A stretch of DNA of 54,042 nt from a virus (lineage: Duplodnaviria > Caudoviricetes). The notes beneath the pieces are model-generated. The model was not told the origin of the DNA. It did not search any database and worked only from the letters and a program-made list of their open reading frames with translations. Positions within the stretch are counted from its first letter, which is position 1. Every line of letters begins with the position of its first letter. A program made the position numbers and the translations under genes. Positions 52,628-54,042 of the stretch are shown one piece after another. The stretch covers positions 1-54,042 of IMG/VR virus record IMGVR_UViG_3300032272_000017, one strand, 5' to 3'.

Positions 52628-53002
52628 ATGGCTTTAAGAACTGTGTCGGTTGATACCGGCACGCCTGCACAAGTGCATGCTCGGCAAGCAGAAATGGATC
52701 GGCATTGGCAATCGTTTGCTAATCCGTTGGACATTCTGATTCGCTGGGAAGAACGTGCATACGTAGTGTTCAACCTCACGAACTACGACGATCCAATAGT
52801 GGATCGCGAGTTCATTAATAGTTACATTAACCGCCGAATAGGAGATACACATGAGCGGATTCAACGAAAATTCAGGAATGGTCGAGCAACTTCAGGGTCA
52901 CGGCGAAATTCCTGCCGCACCAGCGCAGCCGCTGGCAACTCAAACACCAACGCAACCAAGTGTGCAGTCTGGCACAACGGGGCTCGCGTGGTGGGACGCT
53001 AA
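52628..53002 (+). CDS. hypothetical protein
   Basis: Strong AAGGAG RBS, but a 152-nt overlap with the next gene. Confidence 0.55.
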   Translation: MALRTVSVDTGTPAQVHARQAEMDRHWQSFANPLDILIRWEERAYVVFNLTNYDDPIVDREFINSYINRRIGDTHERIQRKFRNGRATSGSRRNSCRTSAAAGNSNTNATKCAVWHNGARVVGR

Positions 53003-53624
53003 CAAGTACTACTGGCGCAAATCTGCCAACGGTGGTACGCACCTGGCTCCGCAGGACTCGTTCGTAGAAGATGTACTTGATCGTACCGATCATTACATGA
53101 CTACGATCGCTAAGAGTCTTAGCGAAGACGAGTACGGTGAGTTCCAAGCAACCGCTGATCTGCGCAAGCAGATGATCGAGAGCGAGGACGCATTCGATAC
53201 ATCTGGTGTCGAGGGCAACTCAATCCGTCGAGAGGTCTTGAATCGACTGATCATTGCTCGTAAGATATGCGGCGCATCAGCTGTCTCAGCTGAACACCGC
53301 GTTACCAACGAGCTCAGTCGTGAGACTGGGGATGTCGAGAAACTGATCGGAGACTCCGAAGGGTTCTACGCTTCAGATATCGAGAAGCGTGAACGCTGGG
53401 GACAAAAGGCAGTACGCCTTGAGTTCATCGCCAAGGCAGTCGCCGACGGTGAGGTCATCCCGACCGACGAGAAAGCGTTCTCGGAACTGCTCGCCAACCG
53501 TATCAAGCGCAGCTTGTACGACGATGCAGTGGAACGCGGCAACAAGCTGAAGCGCCCAGCGCAGCAGCAAGCCACGTCCAGCAAGAAACCTTCTCGCGAA
53601 GAGTTACTTGCACTGACCGCTTAG
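52851..53624 (+). CDS. hypothetical protein
   Basis: AGGAG RBS; 257 aa. Confidence 0.8.
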   Translation: MSGFNENSGMVEQLQGHGEIPAAPAQPLATQTPTQPSVQSGTTGLAWWDANKYYWRKSANGGTHLAPQDSFVEDVLDRTDHYMTTIAKSLSEDEYGEFQATADLRKQMIESEDAFDTSGVEGNSIRREVLNRLIIARKICGASAVSAEHRVTNELSRETGDVEKLIGDSEGFYASDIEKRERWGQKAVRLEFIAKAVADGEVIPTDEKAFSELLANRIKRSLYDDAVERGNKLKRPAQQQATSSKKPSREELLALTA

Positions 53625-53745
53625 GTCTTCTGGTAGCGACGACGCGGATCCACCTTACGCGAAAGTCGCTCGTTCGTGAGGGTCAGGCCAAGTGCCTGGC
53701 CCTCGCATTTAGAATCACCCTCACTACGTGGGCATAGGACATCAT

Positions 53746-54042
53746 ATGGAAAATCTCTTTATCGATTACGAGACATTTTGGGACGTGGGCTTCAGCCTGC
53801 GCTCTCCGAAGATCTCAACCACTGACTATATCCATGACAAGCGCTTCGCTGTACATGGTGCCAGCGTGGCATTCGATGACGATAAGCCGGAGTGGCTGGA
53901 GCATGGAGAACTACATGACATGTTCAAGGAACTGCGCAAGCAAGAGCAAGAAGTAAGACTCGTGGGCCACCACACACTATTCGATGGCTACATAACCAAA
54001 CACATATACAATTATGAGGCCGACGAGTACTTCTGCACGATG
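53746..54042 (+). CDS. DNA polymerase (family A), N-terminal 3'-5' exonuclease domain, 3'-truncated
   Basis: MENLFIDYETFW (Exo I DxE), TTDYIHDKRF, VGHHTLFDG (Exo II-like); open to the window end; not in ORF track. Confidence 0.8.
   Translation, partial: MENLFIDYETFWDVGFSLRSPKISTTDYIHDKRFAVHGASVAFDDDKPEWLEHGELHDMFKELRKQEQEVRLVGHHTLFDGYITKHIYNYEADEYFCTM

Larger units (their letters stand above)
1..54042. mobile_element. dsDNA tailed bacteriophage genome segment (podovirus-like, N4-gp56-type capsid, P22-like portal), apparently lytic
   Basis: Contiguous terminase-portal-scaffold-capsid-adaptor-nozzle-fibre-ejection-lysis genes on the - strand; helicase, polymerase and small early genes on the + strand; no host housekeeping genes, no integrase, no tape measure or major tail protein. 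Confidence 0.97.

Noticed and set aside
53625-53672. Hammerhead ribozyme suggested by CGAAA and flanking stems
   Set aside because: The CUGANGA core is missing.
1-54042. Genome-wide amber (TAG) recoding
   Set aside because: Long genes are intact under the standard code and TAG ends several genes at sensible boundaries (9121, 9407/9410, 26365, 30861).
1-54042. tRNA or rRNA genes
   Set aside because: No cloverleaf with T-loop and acceptor stem, and no rRNA-like segment, was seen in the short intergenic gaps (checked by eye only).

Overview
The whole window is a large, probably near-complete and circularly permuted piece of a lytic podovirus-like dsDNA phage genome. No integrase, repressor or RNA polymerase is seen. 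The + strand at 1-9410 carries replication and middle genes: SNF2 helicase, putative SSB/annealing protein, PD-(D/E)xK nuclease, SspA/GST-fold protein, AP2-like DNA-binding protein, cytosine-methyltransferase-like, DUF932, DUF3310-like, FN3 and Zn-ribbon proteins. The - strand at 9407-47448 is the late arm: HNH, TerS/TerL, P22-like portal, scaffold, N4-gp56-type major capsid, adaptors, a split tail nozzle carrying a 7-repeat array, tail fibre, ejection proteins, lysozyme/holin/overlapping spanins, HslV-like protease, sulfotransferase and a LamG spike. A divergent control region at about 47.45-47.87 kb has 8-bp-periodic repeats and a large inverted repeat. The + strand at 47874-54042 holds small early genes and the 5' end of a family A DNA polymerase. 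Most notable: (1) eight dispersed copies of a covarying 13-bp hairpin plus GTGA-N4-TCAC plus Shine-Dalgarno module heading the early gene cassettes; (2) a candidate phage-encoded late-transcription switch, made of an SspA-like gene coupled to an AP2-like gene plus five late promoters sharing a CAGCCC box that also sits inverted in the SspA-like promoter; (3) three tandem H-type pseudoknots in the capsid mRNA leader; (4) a nozzle gene split by a repeat array with an in-frame amber stop; (5) a bL12-like early protein. All functional calls come from motif recognition by eye; no searches were run.
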